Shown piece by piece: positions 1 to 11,458 of a stretch of DNA of 64,000 bases. Origin of the DNA: Eledone cirrhosa (lineage: Eukaryota); NCBI GenBank assembly GCA_964016885.1, contig OZ024740.1, positions 439,022,001 to 439,086,000 on the forward strand, read 5' to 3'. Each line of letters begins with the position of its first letter. Positions within the stretch are counted from its first letter, which is position 1. The notes beneath the pieces were generated by a model. The model was not told where the DNA came from. It did no database searches and worked only from the letters and a program-made list of their open reading frames with translations. A program made the position numbers and the translations under genes.

Positions 1-60
1 TTGCATTTAAGAAAGTGCCGTACTAAGAGTGAGAAATGAAATTTCGTTTCATTCTATTCC

Positions 61-184
<124 letters not shown>

Positions 185-559
185 AGATATAAGGGAGAGA
201 TTGGGAAGGGGAGAGAAGATAAACGAGAGGGGGAGGGGAGAGAATAGAACGGTGAGATATAGAAAGCAAAAATTGGTACAAGTTTTGTTAGAATCCTCCC
301 GCTATCGTTATATATGTATGTACACGCACAAACACACACATACACACACACATATATACATACATACATATATACATACATACATGATGGCTGCCCCCTC
401 GTCATCGAGTATGGCGATTGTATGATATACCATTATTAATAATTAGTAATTAATTCTACCGTGCAATGCTTGTGCGTGAAGATTTTTTTTAAAGTGAGGA
501 AAGACTGTGCACTGAACCAATTCCACTCTCTGAGAGACAGTAGCTATAACCCGAAAAGA

Positions 560-1010
560 AGAAAAGATCAATATCATCGGTAACTACCGAGCCGCAGGTT
601 TTATATCGGAGTTATCCCAGTTTACTGAGTTGCCTTCTCCTAGAAGAATGCCCTGACAAAGGCTAGGGGTCCTTCACCCCCAGTGGTTTAACCGCGCGAT
701 CGGGTGTCCAGCCCGACTATTTCTATGTCCCCGCGCATATACATACACATGCACCCATGTATATACACATATATATATACATACATATGTACATGTGTAT
801 ATAAATATTTACACACTTTCGGATGGCCATTGACACTTATGAGTTCTTCCGCCCTTTGTCAGGTTTTGTTTTTTCCTGCAGGGTGTCCAAAATCACCTTC
901 CTCACCAAGTAAACTTGGTGGGGTTGCCGGTTTAGTCGCCGATGACCCGACCATGCGACAGATTCTACTGGGTTACATGCTACCAGTAGCACTCAAGAGT
1001 GACTCGACAT
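560..1010. mobile_element. Probable interspersed-repeat fragments (RTE-like 5' UTR motif on the minus strand) between microsatellites
   Basis: GC-richer islands bounded by (TACA)n/(TA)n. The minus strand reads ctaggagaaggcaactc, resembling a motif I recall from RTE-type leaders. No ORF support. Confidence 0.3.
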
Positions 1011-1644
1011 AATATTACATACATACATACATGCATCCATATACTTACAAAGATATATTCACACACATAAAAATGCGGGTTCACTCTCCATTCTTGCATA
1101 TTCTATAAACACAATGTAGGTAAAAGAATACATGTTAAAATCAGTGATCTGTAGTTATCATAAGTTTCATATACAAAAATATTCATTCCATTATTATCAG
1201 ACTCTCATATAAACCTCTCACTTTATAGGTAAGTGTTTATATAAAGACTTGAAAATATTAAAACCTTACAACATAGATAACCTATTTCAGTTTATGCCTA
1301 TTAAAGTGTTCCTCAAGTTAACCCTTTACCATTTAAACCAGCCATATCCGGCCAGTCTCTCCCCTGTTTCTCTTCAAACCAGGTGTAATAGATTCGATAT
1401 TATGTAAGATAAGTATGTGAGATAAAGCCTTTACTGTGAAAATATAAATGCAAATATAGAAAAATGTAAATGCTAAAGATGTAACTACGGTGCCAGATTA
1501 AATGGATGGCAATTGTATGAATTTCGGGAGAAAATTGTAAACCAGGATAAGGAAATCACTGGATATCGATCTAAACCCTTATTATTAGTACATATATAAC
1601 AAATTAGAGTGACAGATAGAATGAGAAATTAGTGTCTGTAAGTG

Positions 1645-1657
<13 letters not shown>

Positions 1658-1679
<22 letters not shown>

Positions 1680-1932
1680 CGGGCGAGAGGAGAGAAGAGA
1701 GTCAGTGAGGAGAAGGGGCGAGAGGAGAGAAGAGAGTCAGAGAGAGAGAGAGGGGGGCGATGGAAGAGAGTCAGAGAGAGAGGGGGCGAGAGGAGAGAGT
1801 CAGAGAGAGAGAGAGAGGGGGCGAGAGAAGAGAAGAGAGTCAGAGACAGAGGGGGCAAGAAGAGAGAAGAGAGGCAGAGAGGGGGGCGAGAGGAGAGAAG
1901 ATAGTCAAACTGAGGGTACGAGAGGAGAGAAG
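1658..1932. repeat. Purine-rich (GA)n-derived degenerate repeat (ggggcgagaggagaagagagtcag-like units)
   Basis: Several imperfect recurrences visible on the + strand. Confidence 0.85.
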
Positions 1933-1935
1933 AGG

Positions 1936-3032
1936 TTGTCTCACCTTTCACCTGTTATCTCACCTCTCTCACCTGTTGTCTCACCTCTCTCACCTGTTGT
2001 CTCACCTCTCTCACCTGTTGTCTCACCTCTCTCACCTGTTGTCTCACCTCTCTCACCTGTTATCTCACCTCTCTCTATGTTATCTCACCTCTCTCACCTG
2101 TTATCTCACCTCTCTCTATGTTATCTCACCTGTCTCACCTGTTATCTCACCTGTCTCATCTGTTATCTCACCTCTCTCACCTGTTGTCTCACCTCTCTCA
2201 CCTGTTGTCTCACCTCTCTCACCTGTTATCTCACCTCTCTCTATGTTATCTCACCTCTCTCACCTGTTATCTCACCTCTCTCTATGTTATCTCACCTGTC
2301 TCACCTGTTATCTCACCTGTCTCATCTGTTATCTCACCTCTCTCACCTGTTATCTCACCTCTCCCTATGTTATCTCGCCTGTCTCACCTGTTATCTCACC
2401 TGTCTCACCTGTTGTCTCACCTCTCACCTGTTATCTCACCTGTCTCACCTGTTGTCTCACCTCTCACCTGTTATCTCACCTCTCTCTATGTTATATCACC
2501 TCTCTCACCTGTTATCTCACCTCTCACCTGTTATCTCACCTCTCTCACCTGGTATCACACCTCTCTCTATGTTATCTCACCTCTCTCTATGTTATCTCAC
2601 CTCACCCTATGTTATCTCACCTTTCTATGTTATCTCACCTCTCTCTATGTTATCTCACCTCTCTCACCTGTTATCTCACCTCTCACCTGTTATCTCATCT
2701 CACCCTATGTTATCTCACCTCTCTCTATGTTATCTCACCACTCTCACTTGTTATCTCACCTCTCTCTATGTTATCTCACACCTCACACCTGTTATTTCAC
2801 CTCTCTCACCCTATGTTATCTCACCTCTCTCTATGCTATCTCACCTCTCCCTATATTATCTCACCTCTCTCTATGTTATCTCACCTCTCCCTATATTATC
2901 TCTCCTCTTTCACCTGTTATCTCACCTTCACCTGTTATCTCACGTCTCTCACCTGTTATCTCACCTTTCAACTGTTATCTCACGTCTCTCACCTGTTATC
3001 TCACCTTTCACCTGTTATCTCACCTCTCTCTA
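1936..3032. repeat. Minisatellite, ~19-21 bp units (tcacctgttatctcacctctc / tatgttatctcacctctctc)
   Basis: About 1.1 kb tandem array. The three long ORFs across it (LSHLSHL / VISPLSP / CYLTSLT) are just the repeat read in three frames. Confidence 0.97.
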
Positions 3033-3193
3033 TAAGAGTGTGTTCTAAACTCTCATGAACCTTCACCAACCTCCATTGCTCAGGAGGTGGCAAATAAGTT
3101 GCTTCTTTTTTATTCGTGTCCAACTCTCTCTCTTCTCTCTCTCTCTCCCCCCTCTCTCTCTCTCTCTCTCTCTCCCTCTCTTTCTCTCTCTTT

Positions 3194-3292
<99 letters not shown>

Positions 3293-3528
3293 TTACTCCA
3301 TACGACAGCGGTTTGATTTGTGTCAGGCGCTATGACCCCGAGTGGACCAGCAATTCCGTTGGTTGGGGTCGGAACTTCTAAAGTGCATCTCAACGACCGA
3401 TGAAGCTGGAGTTCTGTGTCCTTCCTTTGTATTTTTAGTTTAAAAAAATATTTTAAGGTCTCCCTGTTTAAAAATTGCTTTTCCTTTTGCCTTCTTTTCG
3501 TTTATTGTCTTGTCTTCACTTTGTAGAT

Positions 3529-3567
<39 letters not shown>

Positions 3568-3571
<4 letters not shown>

Positions 3572-4478
3572 AACGAGTAGGACCCCGACGGCTAATTCTG
3601 GACTAAATGAAAATGTTTATCCTGGTATTTGAATAGAATAGCCGAGCTTCTCAAGGGGTAATTCCATATATGGTAAAAGAGATTGTCCCAAGGATTGGTC
3701 AAAAGTTTGTTGTTGAGACATAATAGTACGAAATAAAAAATACGAAATAAAAAATAAAGGTTTCTACCTGTGCCTGGAGTAGAAACCTTTATTTTTTATT
3801 TCGTGGTAGTTTCTTTAGTATTTTGGCCCATCACTTGTTGACCCGTCACCGTAAGATATACTCGGTTTTTTACTTATACCTCTTAAAAGGGTCTCATTAT
3901 AATTCCGTCCCACCTAGTAAACCTTTCTTTAGCCTAGCAGTACCAGTGAGAGACTTAGGTTATAGTAATCAGAAATTGTTTATTCTTTTAACATTTAATT
4001 GCTTTTTAACACTCTCGGTATTTTTCTATATATTTACCCCATATGGTTTTACTTATTGTTTCGACTTCCTCCCCCTCCCCCTCCCAAGTATCTTCTTTGA
4101 CCTCATGCCCAGCTGTAGCCGGCATTATCAACGCATGACTGGGTCTCCTCCACCCCCTCTCCCTCTTTCTCCTACTGGCAGGTTCAGCTACCCCCCCCCC
4201 CCCCACAAATTGCCATGATAGAATTATTATGTCTCAACAACAAACTTTTGACCAATCCTTGTGACAATCTCTTTTACCATATATGGAATTACCCCCTGAG
4301 AAGCTCGGCTATTCAAATACCAGGATAAAAATGTTCATTTAGTCCAGAATTAGCCGTCGAAACGGCTTGAGCTCAGCCGTCGGGGTCCTACTCGTTCCTA
4401 TTACCCACTCTACTACCCTAAGTATTGAGTACTTTGGTGCGTTATGGTCCACCTGGTTCCTTACCACATTTCTTCCGT
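3568..4478 (+). mobile_element. Non-coding Penelope-like/retrozyme-like element with an inverted terminal segment, inserted in (TA)n
   Basis: 3568-3724 is the reverse complement of ~4226-4400. Hammerhead at 4291-4386, (TA)n on both sides, and a diverged second copy at ~39128-39470 on the minus strand. Confidence 0.7.
4291..4386 (+). ncRNA. Type I hammerhead ribozyme motif with long stem II (family H1; this copy has a C3/A8 mismatch)
   Basis: acccc-CTGAGAA-g..cggcta(ttc)...(gaa)ttagccg.c-GAAA-cggc ttgagctca gccg-TC-ggggt. Stems I and III pair fully; predicted cleavage after GUC at 4381. Confidence 0.75.
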
Positions 4479-4479
4479 A

Positions 4480-4576
<97 letters not shown>

Positions 4577-5457
4577 CGTGTGTGGTGTGTGTGCGTGTGG
4601 TGTGTGTATATATATATATACAATGATTAGATTCGTGACACCGTCAACCACAGCTTCTCAATATTGGCAATGTGAAAGTTAGTTACATGACCAGGTTTGC
4701 CAATCATCACACGTTTGAATGTAAAGTTGTGATGTAAAGGGCAGATTTCTCATTAGTTCACCATAAATATTTTCACACATCTATTAACATAATACTGACG
4801 TCTCCTGGGCAACTGTCCTCCCCATCACAATGACAACTTATATTTCAATCTTGAGGGCTGTGATTGTATAATGTTTTGACCCGAGCATGATTAATGACTT
4901 ATAATATAGATGGTATCGTGATGACATTTTTAGTTATATACGATATAGGTAATATCTTCGATTTTAATTCAATAGACTCTGCATCTGTTGTCATGTTTAC
5001 ATCTCTATCTATCTTGTGCATCAATTATTTGTTATTTTCTCTTCTTCGATTGCAAAAACACACAATTAACTATGTTAGTTGAAGCTAGATTACCTTCGTT
5101 AGAAATGTTGTCAATTTGTAGTCCTTCGACAACTTGACAAGAGATTTTCTGTTGATAAGTAGAAAGCTTCTCCGATGTATCCTTGTGATAGAGCTCTACA
5201 GCTTCTCTCTATGTGTATCAATGGTTAAGAGGGAATACTTTACCGAAGCTTATCTTGATATTTCCCTCGTGTATTCAGATTTGCTCTATGGATGAACTGT
5301 GACGTTAGCTGGTTAGACAATGCCGACGAAAGTGTATGGAACAACCTTAGGACCAACGCCCCACCTCTGACGCTATGTTATCGATAAAAGTAGTCAAAAT
5401 ACTCTTAATGTAGATAGATCTGGTGGAAGTTAGTAATTTCTGCTTTTTTACATCGTA

Positions 5458-5729
5458 GAAGAAGAAGAAGAAGAAGAGAGAGTGAGAGAGAGAGAGAGAG
5501 GAAGAGTGAGAGGCATATATATCTCGAGAGAGTAAAGAGAGAGTGAGTAAGAGAGGAGGAAAGGGTTGCGTAAGTGATTGGGAGAAATAATGACTTAAAG
5601 GAAAAGAGAGAGAGATATATTAATAATAATAATAATAATAATTGTTTCTACTTTAGGCACAAGGCCAGCAATTAGCAAGTACCAGTAATGCACTGGGTTA
5701 TTGCTGGCCTTGTGCCTAAAGTAGAAACA

Positions 5730-5774
<45 letters not shown>

Positions 5775-5967
5775 ATCTCTCTCTCTTTTCCTTTCAGTCA
5801 TTATTTCTCCCAATCACTTACGCAACCCTTTCCTCCTCTCTTACTCACTCTCTCTTTACTCTCTCGAGATATATATGCCTCTCACTCTTCCCCTCTCTCT
5901 CTCTCTCTCACTTTTCTTCTTCTTCTTCTTCTTCTTCTTCTTCTTCTTCTTCTTCTTCTTCTTCTTC

Positions 5968-5968
<1 letters not shown>
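5458..5968. repeat. ~500 bp imperfect palindrome centred on a SINE 3' tail
   Basis: 5458-5672 is the reverse complement of ~5700-5968, including unique sequence (gggttgcgtaagtgattgggagaaataatgac / gtcattatttctcccaatcacttacgcaaccc). Confidence 0.92.
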
Positions 5969-6024
<56 letters not shown>

Positions 6025-6025
<1 letters not shown>

Positions 6026-6210
6026 TGTTTCTACTTTTCGCACAAGGCCAGCAATTACCCAGTGCATTACTGGTACTTTATTTTATCGACCCCGTAAGGA
6101 TGAAAGGCAAAGTCAACCTCGGCGGGATTTGAACTCAGATCGTAAAGGGACGTAACTATGCTGGAAAGCATGGCGTCCGACCCTCTACCGATACTGCCAA
6201 TCCACCGCCC
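6025..6210 (-). mobile_element. tRNA-derived SINE with (ATT)n tail, inserted in a (TAA)n tract
   Basis: Minus strand: A-box-like tggcagtatcggtagag, B-box-like gagttcaaatccc, core gcctttcatccttacggggtcgataaaataaagtaccagt, tail ggccttgtgcgaaaagtagaaaca(att)n. Matches 59971-60137. (AAT)n lies on both flanks. Confidence 0.85.
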
Positions 6211-6231
6211 TAATAATAATAATAATAATAA

Positions 6232-9200
6232 TCATCTGTGTACACTAAACACAACAGCATTTTCACCTTCACCGCCACCGCTCACTACGGCCATCATTAC
6301 CACCACTATCCCATCACCGCCGCCACCACCCCTTGACTCCTTCACTGCTGGTGCCACCGCTACAGCACCATCACTACAGTAATACGGCTCAAATATTCAA
6401 ATATTCAACTATGTATTGTACACTGTATATCCAAAAAAAAAAAAAAAAAAAAAAATGGCTATAAATGGAAGAAGAACCCCCCCCCTTCTCTCCTCTGGCT
6501 ACACTATATAGGACAGCTAAACTCACCAACACCAGAAACTAGATACACCACCCACCCCATCATCTGTGTACACTAAACACAACAGCATTTTCACCTTCAC
6601 CGCCACCGCTCACTACGGCCATCATTACCACCACTATCCCATCACCGCCGCCACCACCCCTTGACTCCTTCACTGCTGCTGCCACCGCTACAGCACCATC
6701 ACTACAGTAATACGGTCGCATCACCGCCACCACTGCCTCGGTATCGACATCACCACCACCACTGTCTCAGTATCGCCAACGCCGCCAGTCTCTGCTGGCT
6801 GCCACTTCCACATTATAGAATTCCTACTACTAAAAAAGAGGAAGGCATCAAAATATATAGATAGACTCAAAAGAAAAAAGAAAAAACAAACAACAAAACC
6901 AAAGCAGCACAGCAACAACAGCAAAAAACGAGAAAAACAAACAGAGAAAAACAAAAACAAAAAAAGAAACCCCAAAAACGTAAAGAAAATAAGAATGAAG
7001 AGAGAAGCAGGCGGACGGTCAGAGAAGAGGGGGGAAAAAGTAAAACTTAAAAAACAAAAACTAAGTCAGACATTCGAATACTACATTACAATGAAACTTA
7101 TGCTTATTCATTTTTGGGGCCCTTTCTGCCCGTGTGTTTGTTTGTTTATGTGTGTCCGTATACAGCGTGGTGATAATGCCACACAAGGGCCAAGTGGGAT
7201 GGCGGATCCACAGATGGCTATGTAAACATACATTCGCCAATCCTCGATAAGAGTGTTTAAATATCGAACATAAACAGTTCGAATAACGGTGAAATGGAGA
7301 CTAGAACGTCATGTGACAGACTCTCACCCAACAGGTGCCCCCTGGCTCAGCAGCAGGAACCTGACTGTCAACCAAATACTGCTGATGTTGGAGGAAGAAG
7401 AAGAAGGAAAGGGGCCAGAACCAACTGGACGAAAGAATTGAATAGAACTGTTATGCAATGCTACCTGAAAAGTAACCCCAAGGAGAGGGGCTACAGGAGA
7501 CGGATGCATAACATCTGGAACGAGATTGGTTTATTTAAATTAGATGAACAAAAATTGGCCGGGCAGGCTCGGGTAATGAGAACTAATGGGTGGATAAGCT
7601 AGCTGGAACTGGAGGAACTGAGCAGAGAGAATGGCTTGGAGATGGCGGGTGTAGTATGCCAGACAAGCGAGCCGGCGGGGAATGAAGGTGAGGAGGTCCT
7701 GAGAACGGAGGAACTACCCGAAGCAGACAATGATCTGAATACTGAGATAAATAATACCTGGAACAGAGATACGGCCACTGAGGAGATGAATGCTGACGGG
7801 CTAGGACAAGATTCGGTTGACATCCTAAATTTAGTGGTAGATGAGTTGAACAATGATAGTGGGAGACCTATGAACCTAAGATTTGTAGACAGGAAAAAGT
7901 TAAAAGAAACAACAGCTAAGGTAAACAAAGTCATCCCATACCTTGAGGCGAGGAGTCTTCACCAGTGCAACAATATCCTCAAAGCAACAGCAAATACGGT
8001 GAGGAAACTACTTGGTATAAAAGCGAGAGGAAACAACAGACAAGAAAGAGCAGAGCCGTGGTGGAAGAAGCGACTGAGTGGGCAAATCGGGGAAATGAGA
8101 AATGACATAGGAAAGCTTGAGTCACTACTGAATGGGACACTAAAAAACATAGGCACTAAAAATAGACTGGAAATAAAATACAAAACTAGGAGTAAAAAGC
8201 TAAATATTATCATAGAGGAATTGAAGCAACGCATTGTAGCAAAGAGTGCCAAAATCAGGCGATACGAGAACAGAGTCAGTCAGTATAAACAGAACCGCAT
8301 GTTCGACAACAACCAGAAGATGCTGTTTGGACAGCTTGAGGGGAAAGAAAGAGGCAACGATTTGATCCCTGGGGCGGAACAAGCTAAAACATTCTGGAGA
8401 GGAATATGGGAGCAGGATGTTAGACACAATGCCCAGGCAGGGTGGATTGAGACAGTACAGAGAGAGATCGGTGAGCAGGCACAACAACAGACTGATTTGA
8501 GTATCACAGTTGAAACTCTTAAGGGGCAAGCCAAAAAACTAACCAACTGGAAATCACCAGGCCCAGATGGTGTGCAGGGGTATTGGATTAAACATTTAAC
8601 ATCCCTCCACCCGAAGCTGACGGCCATGTTCAATGACTGCTTGGTGTCGGGTGAGGTGCCAGAGTGGTTGACAAAAGGTACCACAGTTATGATAATGAAA
8701 GACCGAATCAAGGGTAATGATGTTACCAACTATAGACCTATCACATGTCTGCCCGTAATGTGGAAACTGTTGACGAGCATTGTGTCTGAGGAAATCTACC
8801 ATCACCTCCACACAAACAACTTGTTACCGGACGAACAGAAAGGATGCCGAAAGAAGTCACGTGGTACAAAGGACCAGTTGCTTATTGATAAGATGGTAAT
8901 GGGGAATTGCAGGAGGAGACACACTGATCTTGCCATGGGATGGATAGACTACAGAAAGGCATTTGACATGGTGCCTCATTCCTGGATCACCAAAAGCCTG
9001 GAGATCTTCAGGGTGGCAGATAACATCAGACAGTTGCTGGGCAGGAGTATGGGGTCCTGGGAGACAGAGTTGACATCAACTGGAGTATCCTTGGGAAGCG
9101 TGAAGATCAAGAGAGGTATCTTCCAGGGAGATAGCCTGTCCCCTCTGTTGTTTGTCCTTGCCCTGATGCCCTTGACCATTATGCTGCGAAAAGTGAGAGC

Positions 9201-10799
9201 AGGATACAAGTTGGGAAGGGGAGAGCTTACCATCAATCACCTCCTCTTCATGGACGATCTTAAGCTCTTCGGGAAAAGTGAGAAGGAGTTGGATGTGCTT
9301 GTTGACACTGTCCGTATTTTCAGCAGTGATATATGTATGCAGTTTGGTATTGGTAAATGTGGAGTCATTGTGATGAGGAGGGGTAGGTTGAGCAGAAGTA
9401 ACGGGATCCAGATACCAACAGGTGAGATGATAAAGGAAATTGACTCTGAGGAAGGATACAAGTATTTGGGCGTTCTGGAGGCTGATGGCATAAAGAACAA
9501 AAAAATGAAGGAATTGTTAAGAACTGAATACATTCGGAGAGTAAGGAGCGTATTGAAGTCACATCTGAACAGCAGAAATGCCATAAGCGCAGTAAATTCC
9601 CGAGCTGTGTCTATTATTAGGTACAGTGCGGGAATTCTGAGATGGAATGTTGCTGAACAAAAAGAAATGGATAGGAAGACTAGGAAGCTATTGACTATCT
9701 ACAATATGTTCCACAAGAGGAGTGATGTCGATAGACTCTACCTAAGGAGATCTGAGGGTGGAAGAGGTCTTATCAGCATAGAGGACTGTGTTCAGATGGA
9801 GAAAAACAACCTATACAAATACGTGACCTATAGTAAGGAGCCAATGCTCAGAGCTGTACTGAAGGAGGGGACAGTAGGCCAGGGGATATCCAAGGAGGAA
9901 ATAACATCAAGGAGGAAGAGCAGCCTTAAGGGAAAATCCCTTCATAGTACCTTCTTTGAGAAAACTGAATTTAGAGATCCACAGACATGGAACTGGTTGA
10001 GAAGAGGAGACCTCAAAAAGGCTACAGAAGGAATGCTAATGGCTGCGCAGGAGCAGGCCCTCAAAACGAAGTGGTTGAAGCACCATATCTACAAGGAGGA
10101 GGCTAGCCCACTGTGCAGGATCTGTGGAGAGAGAGAGGAGACTGTGGCTCACATTGTGTCCGAGTGTAAACACCTAGCCCAGACCCACTATAAGGGCTGG
10201 AGACACGATGTGATGGGCAGGGTGATCCACTGGCACCTGTGCAAAGTAAACAATCTACCACATTCTGAGAAATGGTATGAGCATAGGCCAGAGGCGGTGA
10301 TGGAGAACAGTCAGGTGAAGGTGCTGTCGGATTTTAGGATACAGACGGACAAAAAACTGGAACACAATAGACCTGACCTGGTGGTTGTGGACAAAGAAAA
10401 AAGATCGTGCCTGATTGTGGATGTGGCCTGCCCGTTCGACACGAGAGTGCAAGAGAAGGAGAGGGAGAAAATTAACCGATACCAGGACCTAAAGTGGGAG
10501 GTGAAAAGGATTTGGAACTGCCATGAAGTCAAAGTGATCCCGATTGTCATAGGCGCACTGGGGACTATCTCCAAAGGTTTCCAGGGATGGTTAAAGAAAA
10601 TCGGCCCCTTCACGCTTTTTGGAACGCTTCAAATGGCATGCTTGCTTGGAACGGCAAGAACCCTCCGATACGTCCTGAATATCTGAGGCTGCAGGTAGTG
10701 GCTTGATATTCAATCCAACGGACTTTCCAGTTAACCAACATCAATGACTGAGATTCAAGGAATAACAATAACAATAATAATAATAATAATAATAATAAT
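6232..10799 (+). mobile_element. R4/Dong-like RLE non-LTR retrotransposon, family A copy A1 (near full length, rearranged 5' end)
   Basis: Leader homologous to 11605-12522, single long ORF, ~75 bp 3' UTR ending gagattcaagg-aataacaat(aat)n; (AAT)n at both ends. Confidence 0.93.
7294..10686 (+). pseudogene. Family A polyprotein (RT + CCHC zinc knuckle + restriction-like endonuclease), ~1130 codons, one in-frame stop at 7600-7602
   Basis: RT motifs YRPITCL, WIDYRKAFDMVPH, GIFQGDSLSPLLF, HLLFMDD, YKYLG; CRIC..HIVSEC; RHD; RPDLVVV..VDVACP..KE.EK..Y. ORFs 7294-7602 and 7636-10686 share a frame; the TAG corresponds to GAG in copy A3. Confidence 0.93.
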
Positions 10800-10800
10800 T

Positions 10801-11405
10801 AGTAAACACCTAGCCCAGACCCACTATAACGGCTGGAGACACGATGTGATGGGCAGAGTGATCCACTGGCACCTGTGCAAAGTAAACAATTTACCACATT
10901 CTGAGAAATGGTATGAGCATAGGCCAGAGGCGGTGATGGAGAACAATCAGGTGAAGGTGCTCTGGGATTTTAGGATACAGACGGACAAAAAACTGGAACA
11001 CAATAGACCTGACCTGGTGGTTGTGGCCAAAGAAAAAAGATCGTGTCTGATTGTGGATGTGGCCTGCCCTTTCGACACGAGAGTGCAAGAGAAGGAGAGG
11101 GAGAAAATTAACCGATACCAGGACCTAAAGTGGGAGGTGAAAAGGATTTGGAACTGCCATGAAGTCAAAGTGATCCCGATTGTCATAGGCGCACTGGGGA
11201 CTATCTCCAAAAGTTTCCAGGGATGGTTAAAGAAAATCGGCCCCTTCACGCTTTTTGGAACGCTTCAAAAGGCATGCTTGCTGGGAACAGCAAGAACCCT
11301 CCGATACGTCCTGAATATCTGAGGCTGCAGGTAGTGGCTTGATATTCATTCCAACGGACTTTCCAGTTAACCAACATCAATGACTGAGATTCAAGGAATA
11401 ACAAC

Positions 11406-11457
<52 letters not shown>
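10801..11457 (+). mobile_element. Family A copy A2, severely 5'-truncated (RLE end + 3' UTR + (TAA)n)
   Basis: Near-identical to 10166-10790; begins immediately after the (AAT)n tail of A1. Confidence 0.95.

Positions 11458-11458
<1 letters not shown>

Noticed and set aside
1705-3058. Three overlapping 300-450 aa ORFs
   Set aside because: They are translations of a stop-free minisatellite and GA repeat; no domain content.
3295-3530. Block between microsatellites with ccgatgaag, pseudo-LTR-like
   Set aside because: No matching GAAA or stems; cannot assign.
4630-5450. Unique-looking sequence, possible exon or old LINE endonuclease remnant (RGGALVL on the minus strand)
   Set aside because: Frequent stops and no convincing motif series or splice structure.
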